Virus record (IMG/VR): IMGVR_UViG_3300037467_001303
Coordinates: 32,001 to 96,000 of that record
Direction: 5' to 3' (one strand)
Length of the DNA: 64,000 nucleotides
Source: a virus
Part shown: positions 8,629 through 16,860 of the stretch, piece by piece
Position numbering within the stretch: the stretch's first letter is position 1
Layout of the letters: each line of letters begins with the position of its first letter
Position numbers and translations under genes: made by a program
The notes under the pieces: generated by a model
Told to the model about the DNA's origin: nothing
Seen by the model: only the letters and a program-made list of their open reading frames with translations
Databases searched by the model: none

Positions 8629-9261
8629 TTACAGGGTGCCCTGGAACGCCACCACTCTACCCAGCACGTGGACCGCCTCGGGAGGGACGATCTGCTCCGG
8701 GATGTCGGGGCGATCGGCCAGTACGCGCACCTTCTGGTCGAGTTGCACGAAGAGGCGGCGCACGATCGGGCCGCTCGGGGATTTGAGGACATACACGCGG
8801 CCGTTCTGGACTTCCTTCTGCTGCAGGTCGACCAGGAGCTGGTCGCCAAGCGTCATGCTGGTGTCGCCGCGGACCACCCGGCACCACTCGGGTTTCACCC
8901 CGAGCTGTTCGAGGAAATCGCGGCGGTAGGCGAAGCTGTTGCGGTCGTCCTTGAGTTCTCCGACCTCGTCGTGGTATTGCACGTCGCCGCCTCCTTCAGG
9001 TTCCGTCCCCAGTAGAGGGATCAGTGTGTAATTAGCGCCAGTTGGTACATTAACACTAATTCCGGCTGACAACCATTCAACTGTTGTTTCTAGCGCCTCG
9101 GCAATTTTCTTTAACCGATGGTATGCCGGTATCGCCCCTTTTTCCTCCCATCCGTGGACCGCCTGCTGTGTCACGCCGGATTCGATGCCGAGGTCATTGC
9201 GGCTCATTTTGAGTTCTTCGCGTCTCTGTTTGATGCGTGCACCGATGGTCGACATGGCCAA
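8629..9261 (-). CDS. cI: CI-like repressor (XRE HTH plus degenerate S24 domain)
   Basis: IGARIKQRREELKMS...VTQQAVHGWE HTH; RGDTSM..GDQLLVD S24-like region; divergent from cro. Confidence 0.9.
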   Translation of the reverse strand: MAMSTIGARIKQRREELKMSRNDLGIESGVTQQAVHGWEEKGAIPAYHRLKKIAEALETTVEWLSAGISVNVPTGANYTLIPLLGTEPEGGGDVQYHDEVGELKDDRNSFAYRRDFLEQLGVKPEWCRVVRGDTSMTLGDQLLVDLQQKEVQNGRVYVLKSPSGPIVRRLFVQLDQKVRVLADRPDIPEQIVPPEAVHVLGRVVAFQGTL

Positions 9262-9311
9262 TTCTCCGTCATTGGGAAGTATTCACGAGTAGCAACATAA
9301 CACAGCGCACA

Positions 9312-9367
9312 TTAAAGTGGCGCTTGCCCGTTTCAAGTTTTACTTGAAGTTTCAAGTAGGACTTGTA
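9312..9367. promoter_or_regulatory. OR-like operator cluster
   Basis: TTCAAGT-ttt-ACTTGAA (9332-9348), TTCAAGT-agg-ACTTGTA (9351-9367) and weaker TTAAAGT-ggc-GCTTGCC, between cI and cro. Confidence 0.75.
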
Positions 9368-9377
9368 AAATGCCCTC

Positions 9378-9653
9378 ATGAAAAAACTTTCCGCACGGAT
9401 GCTCGCCGCCCGCCTGCGCCGCGAACGCAGGCACCTCGACCGCGCCATCGAGCACGTCGGCTCGCAGTCCAAGCTGGCCCGCCTGCTGGGCGTGTCGCCC
9501 CAGGCCGTGCGGCAGTGGTACACCAACGAGACCGGCGTGCCGCCGCGCCGCTGCCCGCAGATCGAACGCCTCACGCGCGGCAAGGTCATGTGCGAGCAGC
9601 TGCGCGAGGAATTCGAGTGGGTGCGCGTCATCAGGAAAGGTGCCCGCGAGTGA
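9378..9653 (+). CDS. cro: Cro/YdaS-like regulator
   Basis: AIEHVGSQSKLARLLGVSPQAVRQW...VPPRRCPQIERLT. Confidence 0.88.
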   Translation: MKKLSARMLAARLRRERRHLDRAIEHVGSQSKLARLLGVSPQAVRQWYTNETGVPPRRCPQIERLTRGKVMCEQLREEFEWVRVIRKGARE

Positions 9654-10078
9654 AGCGCACGACGCCCATGAAACGCACCGGCTTCAAGGCCAGGGCGCCC
9701 GGCGACACGCCGGCCAAGGCGCCGTACCCGCGCGTCACGTTCGCCCGGAAGGAGGGCCTGAAAACCCGCCAGCGCGCCGTCACGCCCGAGGAAAAGGTCC
9801 TGTGGGACCGCCTGGCCAACGAGGTCGGCTGTGTCGCCTGCCTGGTGGCCGGCCTGCCGACCTCGAACCACGTCTCGATCCACCACATCGACGGCCGCAC
9901 CAAGGAAGGTTGCCACCGCAATGTCCTTCCCTTGTGCGCGGGCCATCACCAGCAGGGCACCGGCAACGACAAGAGCCTGGTGGCCGTGCACCCGAACAAG
10001 GCCCGTTTCGAGAAGCTGTACGGCACCCAGGAATACCTGCGTCTGTACGCGTTCAACCTGCTGGAGGTGCTGCCGTGA
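9650..10078 (+). CDS. Ref-like (RecA-dependent) HNH nuclease
   Basis: Basic N-terminus, GCVAC, IHHIDGRTK, LPLCAGHH, VHP.KARFE..YG. Confidence 0.8.
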   Translation: MKRTTPMKRTGFKARAPGDTPAKAPYPRVTFARKEGLKTRQRAVTPEEKVLWDRLANEVGCVACLVAGLPTSNHVSIHHIDGRTKEGCHRNVLPLCAGHHQQGTGNDKSLVAVHPNKARFEKLYGTQEYLRLYAFNLLEVLP

Positions 10079-10383
10079 GCGCCGGCCTGCCGATGGATGC
10101 CGAGCTGGTCGAGCTGGTCGACTCCCTGCGCGACGAGATCGACGTGCTGGAGGCCCAGCTGGCCGCGCTGGAGGCGGGCGAGCATGGCGAGGCGCTGAAA
10201 GCCGAGATCCGCAAGCGCTTCGGCATCGACCGCCGCCTGCAGCAGAGCATGGAACAGGTCAAGGCGATGGAAGCGACGATCCGCCGTCACGAAAAATGGC
10301 ACGAGAAGGTCGCCGCACTGGTCGGCACCCGCAATCGTAACGCCATCCTCGAGATCATCCAGGACCTGCGGGCGCGCCCATGA
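10075..10383 (+). CDS. Hypothetical coiled-coil protein
   Basis: GTGA/ATGA coupling on both sides. Confidence 0.6.
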   Translation: MSAGLPMDAELVELVDSLRDEIDVLEAQLAALEAGEHGEALKAEIRKRFGIDRRLQQSMEQVKAMEATIRRHEKWHEKVAALVGTRNRNAILEIIQDLRARP

Positions 10384-11891
10384 CCGAGCTGGCCGTGCCC
10401 GACATCTACGCCGGCCTGCGCGGCTACCAGATCGCCGGCATCGAGGCGATCCGCCACGCGATCGCGGCCGGCAAGCGCCGCATCTGCCTGGTGGCGCCGA
10501 CCGGCTCCGGGAAAACCAAGCTGGCCGCGTTCATGGTCCGCGAAGCGCGCCGCAAGATGAAGAAGGTCGCCTTCGTGTGCGACCGCATCAACCTGATCGA
10601 CCAGACCAGCCGCGTGTTCGACGCCGAGGAGATCCCGCACGGCGTGATGCAGTCCAACCACTACCGCGTGGTGCCGTGGGAGCGCGTGCAGGTGTGCTCG
10701 GTGCAGACCCTGGCCCGGCGCAAGTGGCCCGAGGCCCAGCTGGTCCTGGTCGACGAATGCCACTCGGTGAGCCGCACCGTCACCCAGAAGATGGCGGCCG
10801 AACCCGACACCATCTTCGTCGGCCTGACCGCGACCCCGTTCACGAAGGGCATGGGCAAGCTGTACGACGCCATGATCAACGTGGCCACCACCAACGAACT
10901 CATCAACACCGGGTTCCTGGCGCCGTACCGGATCTATGCCGCGCGCGAGCCGGACATGACCGGCGTGCCGGTCATCGGCGGCGAGTGGGAAGTGCGCGAG
11001 ACCAGCAAGCGCGCCCTGGCCGTGGTCGGCGACTGCGTGGCCGAGTACCTGAAGCTGGGACAAGGCCGCAAGTTCATCTGCAGCGCGGTCGACACCGCCC
11101 ACGTGCAGGAGCTGGAGCGCCAGTTCATGGCCGCCGGCGTCATCACCCGGGCCTACACCTACCGCGAGGACGACATCGAGCGCGCCGAGGTGGTCGAGGA
11201 ATTCCGCCGGCCCGACTCCAGCATCCGCGGCCTGATCACCGTGACCGCCGCCAGCAAGGGTTTTGACGTGCCCGACATCGGCGTGGTCATCATGGCGCGC
11301 CCGTTGCGCAACTCGCTGGCCGAATATATCCAGCTGTTCGGCCGGGGCCTGCGCATCAGCGAGGGCAAGGACGCCTGCATCGTGCTGGACCACTCCGGCA
11401 ACTCGGAGCGCTTCTGGGCGCGCTGGACCCGCTTTTTCGCCGAGGGCTGCCTGGAACTGGACAAGGGCAAGCAGGGCCGCAGCAGCAGTGCCAAGGCCGA
11501 CAAGGAAATCAAGCCGGTGAAATGCCCGTCGTGCGCGCACCTGCACGACCCGCTGCCGTACTGCCCGGCCTGCGGCCACGTGTACCCGCCCAAGCCGGCG
11601 CTGCTGCACAAGCCCGGCAGCCTGGTCGAGCTGGTCGCCACGCGTGACGCCAGCCTCATGGTGGCCGAGCTGTACCCGCAGATCGTCTCCGAGGCGATCC
11701 GCCTGGGCAAGGGAGAAAGCTGGGCCAAGGACAGGTACGCCCAGATCACCGGCCAGCCGCCGGGCGTGGCGTTCGCCGACGTGGTGCCGGTCGAGGCCGG
11801 GCGCGAGGTCAAGGGCAAGCTGCGCTCGATCAACATCGCCTGGGCCAAGGCGCGCATGAAGGCCGGCCAGCGCCTGCGGGGTGGTGCCTGA
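10380..11891 (+). CDS. SF2 helicase with C-terminal zinc finger
   Basis: APTGSGKT, DECH, TAT, GFDVP, QLFGRGLR and CPSC..CPACG motifs. Confidence 0.93.
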   Translation: MTELAVPDIYAGLRGYQIAGIEAIRHAIAAGKRRICLVAPTGSGKTKLAAFMVREARRKMKKVAFVCDRINLIDQTSRVFDAEEIPHGVMQSNHYRVVPWERVQVCSVQTLARRKWPEAQLVLVDECHSVSRTVTQKMAAEPDTIFVGLTATPFTKGMGKLYDAMINVATTNELINTGFLAPYRIYAAREPDMTGVPVIGGEWEVRETSKRALAVVGDCVAEYLKLGQGRKFICSAVDTAHVQELERQFMAAGVITRAYTYREDDIERAEVVEEFRRPDSSIRGLITVTAASKGFDVPDIGVVIMARPLRNSLAEYIQLFGRGLRISEGKDACIVLDHSGNSERFWARWTRFFAEGCLELDKGKQGRSSSAKADKEIKPVKCPSCAHLHDPLPYCPACGHVYPPKPALLHKPGSLVELVATRDASLMVAELYPQIVSEAIRLGKGESWAKDRYAQITGQPPGVAFADVVPVEAGREVKGKLRSINIAWAKARMKAGQRLRGGA

Positions 11892-12781
11892 TGGACTTCT
11901 ACAACACCCTGCTGGCCGCCGGCTTCCTGCCGCGCGAGGTCGCCCCGAACGGCAAGTGGTATCGCTGCGCCACGGCCGACAAGCCGAAGAAGAAGAACGG
12001 CGCCTACATGCTGCGCATCGACGGCCGCCGCGGCTACTACAAGGACTACGCGGTCGACGAGGAGTGGATCGAGTGGACCGACGACACCCCGGTCTCGCCG
12101 ATCGAGAGAAAGCGCATCGAGCGCGACAACGCGCAGCGCCGCCAGCGCGAGCGCGAGAAGGCCGCGCGCGCCTACCAGGGCATGGTCCGCTACTACCAGT
12201 CGCTGCCGCGCCTGTACGACGGCCACCCGTACCTGGCCCGCAAGGGCCTGTCCATGCTCGGCGGCGACAAGCTGCGCCTCGATGGCGAGGTGCTGGTCTG
12301 GCCGCTGTTCAGGGACGGGCGCCTCGCCACCGTCCAGCGCATCTGGCCGGACGGCACCAAGCGCAACTACACCGGCTGCTCGACCAAGGGCGTCTCGCTG
12401 CTGCTGACCCGCCCCGGCGCCGTCCTGCACGGCTTCGCCGAAGGGTTCGCCACCGGCCTGGCGCTGTTCCAGACCCTGGCCAACAGCCAGATCGAGATCT
12501 GCCTGGACGCCGGCAACCTGGTCGAGGTGGTTTCGCGTTCGACCGTGGCCGGCCTGGCCGTGGTGTGCGGCGACAACGACTGGGAGACCTGCGAACGCCG
12601 TGGCTTCAACCCCGGCGTCGAGAAGGCCACCAAGGCGGCCGAGGTGCTCGGCTGCGGCGTGGCCTACCCCGAGAACATCGTCGGTTCGGACTGGGCCGAC
12701 GCGCTGCTGGAGTGGGGAGAAGAGGGGCCGCGACGGCTGCGCATGGCGATCATGCGCGCGGCGAAGCCGGTGATCCGGTAG
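11891..12781 (+). CDS. TOPRIM DNA primase
   Basis: N-terminal KPKKKNGAY, HPYL.RKG, EGFATG, DAGNL, DND and DWAD motifs. Confidence 0.9.
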   Translation: MDFYNTLLAAGFLPREVAPNGKWYRCATADKPKKKNGAYMLRIDGRRGYYKDYAVDEEWIEWTDDTPVSPIERKRIERDNAQRRQREREKAARAYQGMVRYYQSLPRLYDGHPYLARKGLSMLGGDKLRLDGEVLVWPLFRDGRLATVQRIWPDGTKRNYTGCSTKGVSLLLTRPGAVLHGFAEGFATGLALFQTLANSQIEICLDAGNLVEVVSRSTVAGLAVVCGDNDWETCERRGFNPGVEKATKAAEVLGCGVAYPENIVGSDWADALLEWGEEGPRRLRMAIMRAAKPVIR

Positions 12782-12975
12782 CCGCACAGGCAGCGCACTG
12801 GTCGGGTCAGAAGACGACAGCGGTGCGTGGTGAGGCTCCTACTGTGGGAAGTGTCTGAAACAGGAGCGATGGGCGGCGAAGCCAGCACCCATGACACGCA
12901 AGGCTGGCGCGTCGTGCGGCTCCGTCGGAGAAGTGCGTAAAGGCAGGCGTCAGGGAAGGCTACGTCTGCCCACCA
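12781..12975 (+). ncRNA. Candidate structured RNA or ssDNA element downstream of the primase
   Basis: Several nested stems with G-U pairs and a possible pseudoknot (see findings); no credible ORF. Confidence 0.5.
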
Positions 12976-13056
12976 TCAGAGAAACGGGGTTGCGCAGGCG
13001 GCAGCACAGAGAGAAGCAGGAAAGCGGGCAGTACCTATAACCAGCAAGGGGAACAC

Positions 13057-13629
13057 ATGAAGATCGAGATCATCAGCATCCTGGACCGCAGCGGCTCGAT
13101 GTCGCACCTGCGCCACGACACCATCAACGGCTACAACGGCTTCCTGTCCGAGCAGAGGACCGTGCCCGGCCAGGCGCGCGCGACCCTGGTCCTGTTCGAC
13201 GACAAGATCGACACCCTGTACGAGGGTGTCAACATCGCGCACCTGGGCAACCTGACCAGCGTGCACTACGAGCCGAACGGCACCACGGCGGTCTGGGACG
13301 CGATCTGCCGCACCCTGCTGCGCCAGCGCGCGCGCATCACCGCCGAAGGCTGGGCCGACAAGGTGATCGTCAACGTCGTCACCGACGACGGCGACAACGC
13401 CAGCAAGGACTTCACCGAGGCCAAGACCCGCGCCCTGCGCCGCGAGGTCGAGCAGGAGAACGGCTGGATCGTGCGCTACGACGCCTGCGGCAAGAAGGCA
13501 GAGCTGGGCGGCCAGAACCTGGGCATCGACCCGAAGTACCTGCGCACCTTCGCCGGCAACGCGCAGGGCGTGGCCGACACCTACGCGACCATGAGCGCGT
13601 TCGCCACCAGCGTCCGCACCAGCGCCTGA
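13057..13629 (+). CDS. vWA domain protein
   Basis: MIDAS motif LDRSGSM, G.TA.WDAI, TDDGDNAS. Confidence 0.85.
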   Translation: MKIEIISILDRSGSMSHLRHDTINGYNGFLSEQRTVPGQARATLVLFDDKIDTLYEGVNIAHLGNLTSVHYEPNGTTAVWDAICRTLLRQRARITAEGWADKVIVNVVTDDGDNASKDFTEAKTRALRREVEQENGWIVRYDACGKKAELGGQNLGIDPKYLRTFAGNAQGVADTYATMSAFATSVRTSA

Positions 13630-14054
13630 TGCCGCGCCTGCCACGTCCTCCGATGCCGGTCGCGCCCGCGGTGCGCAAGATCCGGGTGACGCGCGAGTTC
13701 GAGAAGGATTTCAACAAGGTCGCCTGGTTCTACGACTGGGAGAAGGCCGACATCGACTTCGAGAAATCGCGCATCCGCGTCAAGCAGGCCGCCATGGACG
13801 ACATCCCGGTCCTGGCCCGCGTGATCCGGGCGCTGGAGGTGGTGGCAAGGCACTACGGCTGGACGGTCGAGGAGATGGGACAGTGGCGCAGTCCCCTGCG
13901 CCACCCCGGCCCCGACCGCGATTTCATCCTCACCCTGGCGATGGCCCTGCAGCACGGCTACCGCCAGACCCCTGGCAACAACCACCAGCGCCTGGGCGAA
14001 TGGCTGGCCGAGAACGGCCTGGACCCGGTCTATTCCGAAGGAGACGTGCGATGA
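13629..14054 (+). CDS. Hypothetical protein
   Basis: Coupled ORF with coding-like codon usage. Confidence 0.65.
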   Translation: MPRLPRPPMPVAPAVRKIRVTREFEKDFNKVAWFYDWEKADIDFEKSRIRVKQAAMDDIPVLARVIRALEVVARHYGWTVEEMGQWRSPLRHPGPDRDFILTLAMALQHGYRQTPGNNHQRLGEWLAENGLDPVYSEGDVR

Positions 14055-14452
14055 AGATGCCGAACCCGAACTCGTGTGGCCGCAAGATCACCAACCTGCT
14101 GCTGACCGGCGTTGCCATCACGCCCGAGGAAGGCATCCTGTTGCACGGCACGCTGCGCCTGACGCTGGCCGAGATCGGCGACCTGTACCGCGAGCTGGTG
14201 GTGCGCGGCTGCGCAGTCATGGTCAGCGAGATCGGCCCGCGCATCGAGGCCAGTGACGCGCTGCTGGACAAGTACGGCCTGATCGAGATCTCGGAGAAGG
14301 AAAAGGGCGAGAAGGTGCCGCCGCCGACCCGTCCGCCGTTCCGGCCGCTGTCGAACCGCTACCTGCCGTCCTCGCGTGGCCAGCGCGAAGGCAGCAACGA
14401 CATGCGCGACAAGCCCAGCCACTACGCCAAGCTGTCCGGGGTCCCTGCATGA
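14051..14452 (+). CDS. Hypothetical protein
   Basis: ATGA overlap and GGAG RBS. Confidence 0.6.
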   Translation: MKMPNPNSCGRKITNLLLTGVAITPEEGILLHGTLRLTLAEIGDLYRELVVRGCAVMVSEIGPRIEASDALLDKYGLIEISEKEKGEKVPPPTRPPFRPLSNRYLPSSRGQREGSNDMRDKPSHYAKLSGVPA

Positions 14453-14685
14453 GCGTGATCTATCTCGCCAACGTGCGCGCCGCGCGCGCCGCGCGCAACC
14501 TGGCCGAATCCCTGTCGAGCGACCCGGCGGTGCGCCGCGCCGCCCGCGTGCGCGCGATCGCCGCGATCAACAAGCGCGAGCAGCGCTGGAAGAACCCGCA
14601 GCCGGCCGAGGTGATCTACCTCGACACCCGGATCGCCGAGCTGGGCCGCGCATCCTGGAGCAGCAGCAACCCGAAGGATTACTGA
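14449..14685 (+). CDS. Hypothetical protein
   Basis: Coupled ORF. Confidence 0.55.
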   Translation: MSVIYLANVRAARAARNLAESLSSDPAVRRAARVRAIAAINKREQRWKNPQPAEVIYLDTRIAELGRASWSSSNPKDY

Positions 14686-15023
14686 TGCGCCGGCCCAAGT
14701 TCCATAACATCAAGACGATGGTCGATGGCATCCCGTTCGACTCGCGCGCCGAGGCCCGCCGCTGGAAGAACCTGGTCGCGCTGGAGCAGATGGGGTCGAT
14801 CTCGAACCTGCGCCGCCAGGTGAAGTTCGAGCTGATCCCGTCGGTGCGCATCCTCGGCAGCAAACGGGCCACGCCGGCCCTGCGCTACGTCGCCGACTTC
14901 GTCTACGACCAGGGCGGCAGGACGATCGTCGAGGATGTGAAGGGCCTCCTGACCCCGGTCTACAAGATCAAGCGCCACCTGATGAAGCACATTTTCAACA
15001 TCGACATCCTGGAGACCAAGTGA
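14685..15023 (+). CDS. DUF1064 family PD-(D/E)xK nuclease (putative resolvase)
   Basis: KFHN.KT.VDGI.FDS.AEA, YVADFVY and VEDVKG motifs. Confidence 0.85.
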   Translation: MRRPKFHNIKTMVDGIPFDSRAEARRWKNLVALEQMGSISNLRRQVKFELIPSVRILGSKRATPALRYVADFVYDQGGRTIVEDVKGLLTPVYKIKRHLMKHIFNIDILETK

Positions 15024-15211
15024 TTACCCAAGCCCAAGAGAACGAGCGCGATGCGCGCCGCTACCGCATGGTGCGCGAACTGCTGTGCGCCAGCGACGAG
15101 CGCCTGGACGAGATCGCGGACATGATCGACCCGATCCTGGGCAATCACCCGACCCCGCAGCTGGTCGACCGCGCCATCGACCACGTCCTGACCACCCTGA
15201 AAATCGTTTGA
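15020..15211 (+). CDS. Hypothetical protein
   Basis: Coupled ORF containing DARRYR. Confidence 0.55.
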   Translation: MITQAQENERDARRYRMVRELLCASDERLDEIADMIDPILGNHPTPQLVDRAIDHVLTTLKIV

Positions 15212-15218
15212 GGTTCCC

Positions 15219-15734
15219 ATGATCCTGGCCGAACGCTACGCCCGCGCCACCATTTCCGGCAACCTGCGCAACGACGCGCTGCACCACACGCCCGACGTGC
15301 TGATGGCCGTGGCCCTGGCCGGCGGCTTCAGTTCCCAGCTCATCCGCCTGAAATTCGGCAACGAGGCGCCCAGCTACCGTCGCGTGCTGCACGAATGGAC
15401 CTGGCTGGTCTCGACCAAGGCGGTGCGCCGCACCTGGCCGGACCACATCCCGGTCGACGCCGTCGCCCACTACTCGCTGCGTTACTGGCTCAACTCCGTG
15501 TGCCCGGCCTGCACCAGCCACGGCAAGGTCAAGGAGCTGGGCGCGCCGGTGCTGTCCGAGCGTGACTGCCCGCTGTGCGGCGGCAGCGGCCAGGCCGAAC
15601 TGCGCTGCGACACCCGCCTGCGCGACTATGTGCTCGACATGATCGAGGAACTGGAAGCGTATGTGCGCCGCGGCGTGTTCCGTGCAAAGAAGAAAATGCG
15701 CAGCGACCGCGAGGACGCCGAGGCCAGGCTCTGA
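15219..15734 (+). CDS. Q-like late antiterminator
   Basis: CPAC..HG and CPLCGGSG zinc finger; last delayed-early gene, followed by a sigma70 promoter. Confidence 0.7.
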   Translation: MILAERYARATISGNLRNDALHHTPDVLMAVALAGGFSSQLIRLKFGNEAPSYRRVLHEWTWLVSTKAVRRTWPDHIPVDAVAHYSLRYWLNSVCPACTSHGKVKELGAPVLSERDCPLCGGSGQAELRCDTRLRDYVLDMIEELEAYVRRGVFRAKKKMRSDREDAEARL

Positions 15735-15759
15735 ATTTGTTGCAGCCTGCAAAAATGGC

Positions 15760-15788
15760 TTGAAGTCGGCCGCCGGAATCCGTATTCT
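15760..15788 (+). promoter_or_regulatory. Late promoter (PR'-like)
   Basis: TTGAAG-17 bp-TATTCT directly after the Q-like gene. Confidence 0.65.
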
Positions 15789-16008
15789 GGCGGCACTGCT
15801 GAGCACATTGGGTTGTATTGGCTGAACACTGGCCCTTTCTGCTTTGCATAACTCGGGCGAATACCCGGTGTTATCCGGGTCTCAGCGACGAACCGTGCAG
15901 TAGCGGACGGCGACCCTGCTGGACCCCGTTCGTCCGTACCATTCTCCGGGGTGCAACACTGTAAGGCCCAGCCCCTCTATCCCGTCACCGACCCTATAGA
16001 GGAACATC

Positions 16009-16281
16009 ATGTCTGATGTCATGGTCTGCAAACTGCAACTCCACAGCGCCAGCCCGGCCCGATCGAGCAGCAACACCGGCGGCGAGCTGACCGGCGCCTA
16101 TGTGAAATTCGGCGCGGTCTGGGAAGGCACCACCGAGAAGCAGGCGATGAGCGAGAACGCCATCTTCGGCCACTGGACCCCCTGCGCGGAATTCAACGCC
16201 TCGATCCTGAACCAGGCCGTCGTCGACAAGCTCGTCGTCGGCAAGAAATACTACGTGACCTTCACCGAAGCGCCCGACTGA
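16009..16281 (+). CDS. Conserved phage hypothetical protein
   Basis: EN..F...TP...GKKYYVTFTEA; AGAGGA RBS. Confidence 0.7.
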   Translation: MSDVMVCKLQLHSASPARSSSNTGGELTGAYVKFGAVWEGTTEKQAMSENAIFGHWTPCAEFNASILNQAVVDKLVVGKKYYVTFTEAPD

Positions 16282-16347
16282 TTCCTGCGGAGGTACGGGG
16301 CCGCCCTGGCGCTTGGCGCCTGCCCGTCATCCGCAACCCTTTACGCA

Positions 16348-16373
16348 AACCCGCCACCCGGCGGGTTTTTTTT
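16348..16373 (+). terminator. Intrinsic terminator
   Basis: AACCCGCC-accc-GGCGGGTT followed by a T-run. Confidence 0.85.
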
Positions 16374-16422
16374 CGTCTCGACCCCTGTATGTCCGGCGTG
16401 AACGCTGGCGAGGAGATCTATC

Positions 16423-16842
16423 ATGGCCATGAACACCCAGCTTGCCGACGCCACCGTCAACGCCCAGGCGGACGCCCTGTCGGCCCTCCTGAACAACGGC
16501 TACCTGCGCATCTACAGCGGCACCCAGCCAGCCACCGCCAACACGGCGCTGTCCGGCAACACGCTGCTGGCCGAGCTGCGCTTTGCCGCCACCGCCGCGC
16601 CGGCCGCAGTCGGCGGCCTGATCACGTTCAACGCGATCACCGCCGATTCCAGCGCCGACAACACCGGCACCGCGACCTTCTTCCGCGCGTTCAAGAGCGA
16701 CGGCACGACCGTCGTGCTGGACGGCTCGGTCGGCACCAGCGCCGCCAACATGATCATCGCCACGACCAGCATCAGCTCGGGCCAGACCGTGTCTTGCTCG
16801 TCGTTCACGCATGATGTCCTGAACTCGTCGGCAGGCCTTTAA
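16423..16842 (+). CDS. Virion structural/decoration protein
   Basis: LRIYSGTQPATA...GTATFFR...DGSVGTS; paralog of 51263-52033. Confidence 0.65.
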   Translation: MAMNTQLADATVNAQADALSALLNNGYLRIYSGTQPATANTALSGNTLLAELRFAATAAPAAVGGLITFNAITADSSADNTGTATFFRAFKSDGTTVVLDGSVGTSAANMIIATTSISSGQTVSCSSFTHDVLNSSAGL

Positions 16843-16860
16843 GGCTGAGCTGGGGCCGCC

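Noticed and set aside
15790-16008. tRNA in the late leader
   Set aside because: No cloverleaf with a TTCRA T-loop and acceptor stem could be built.
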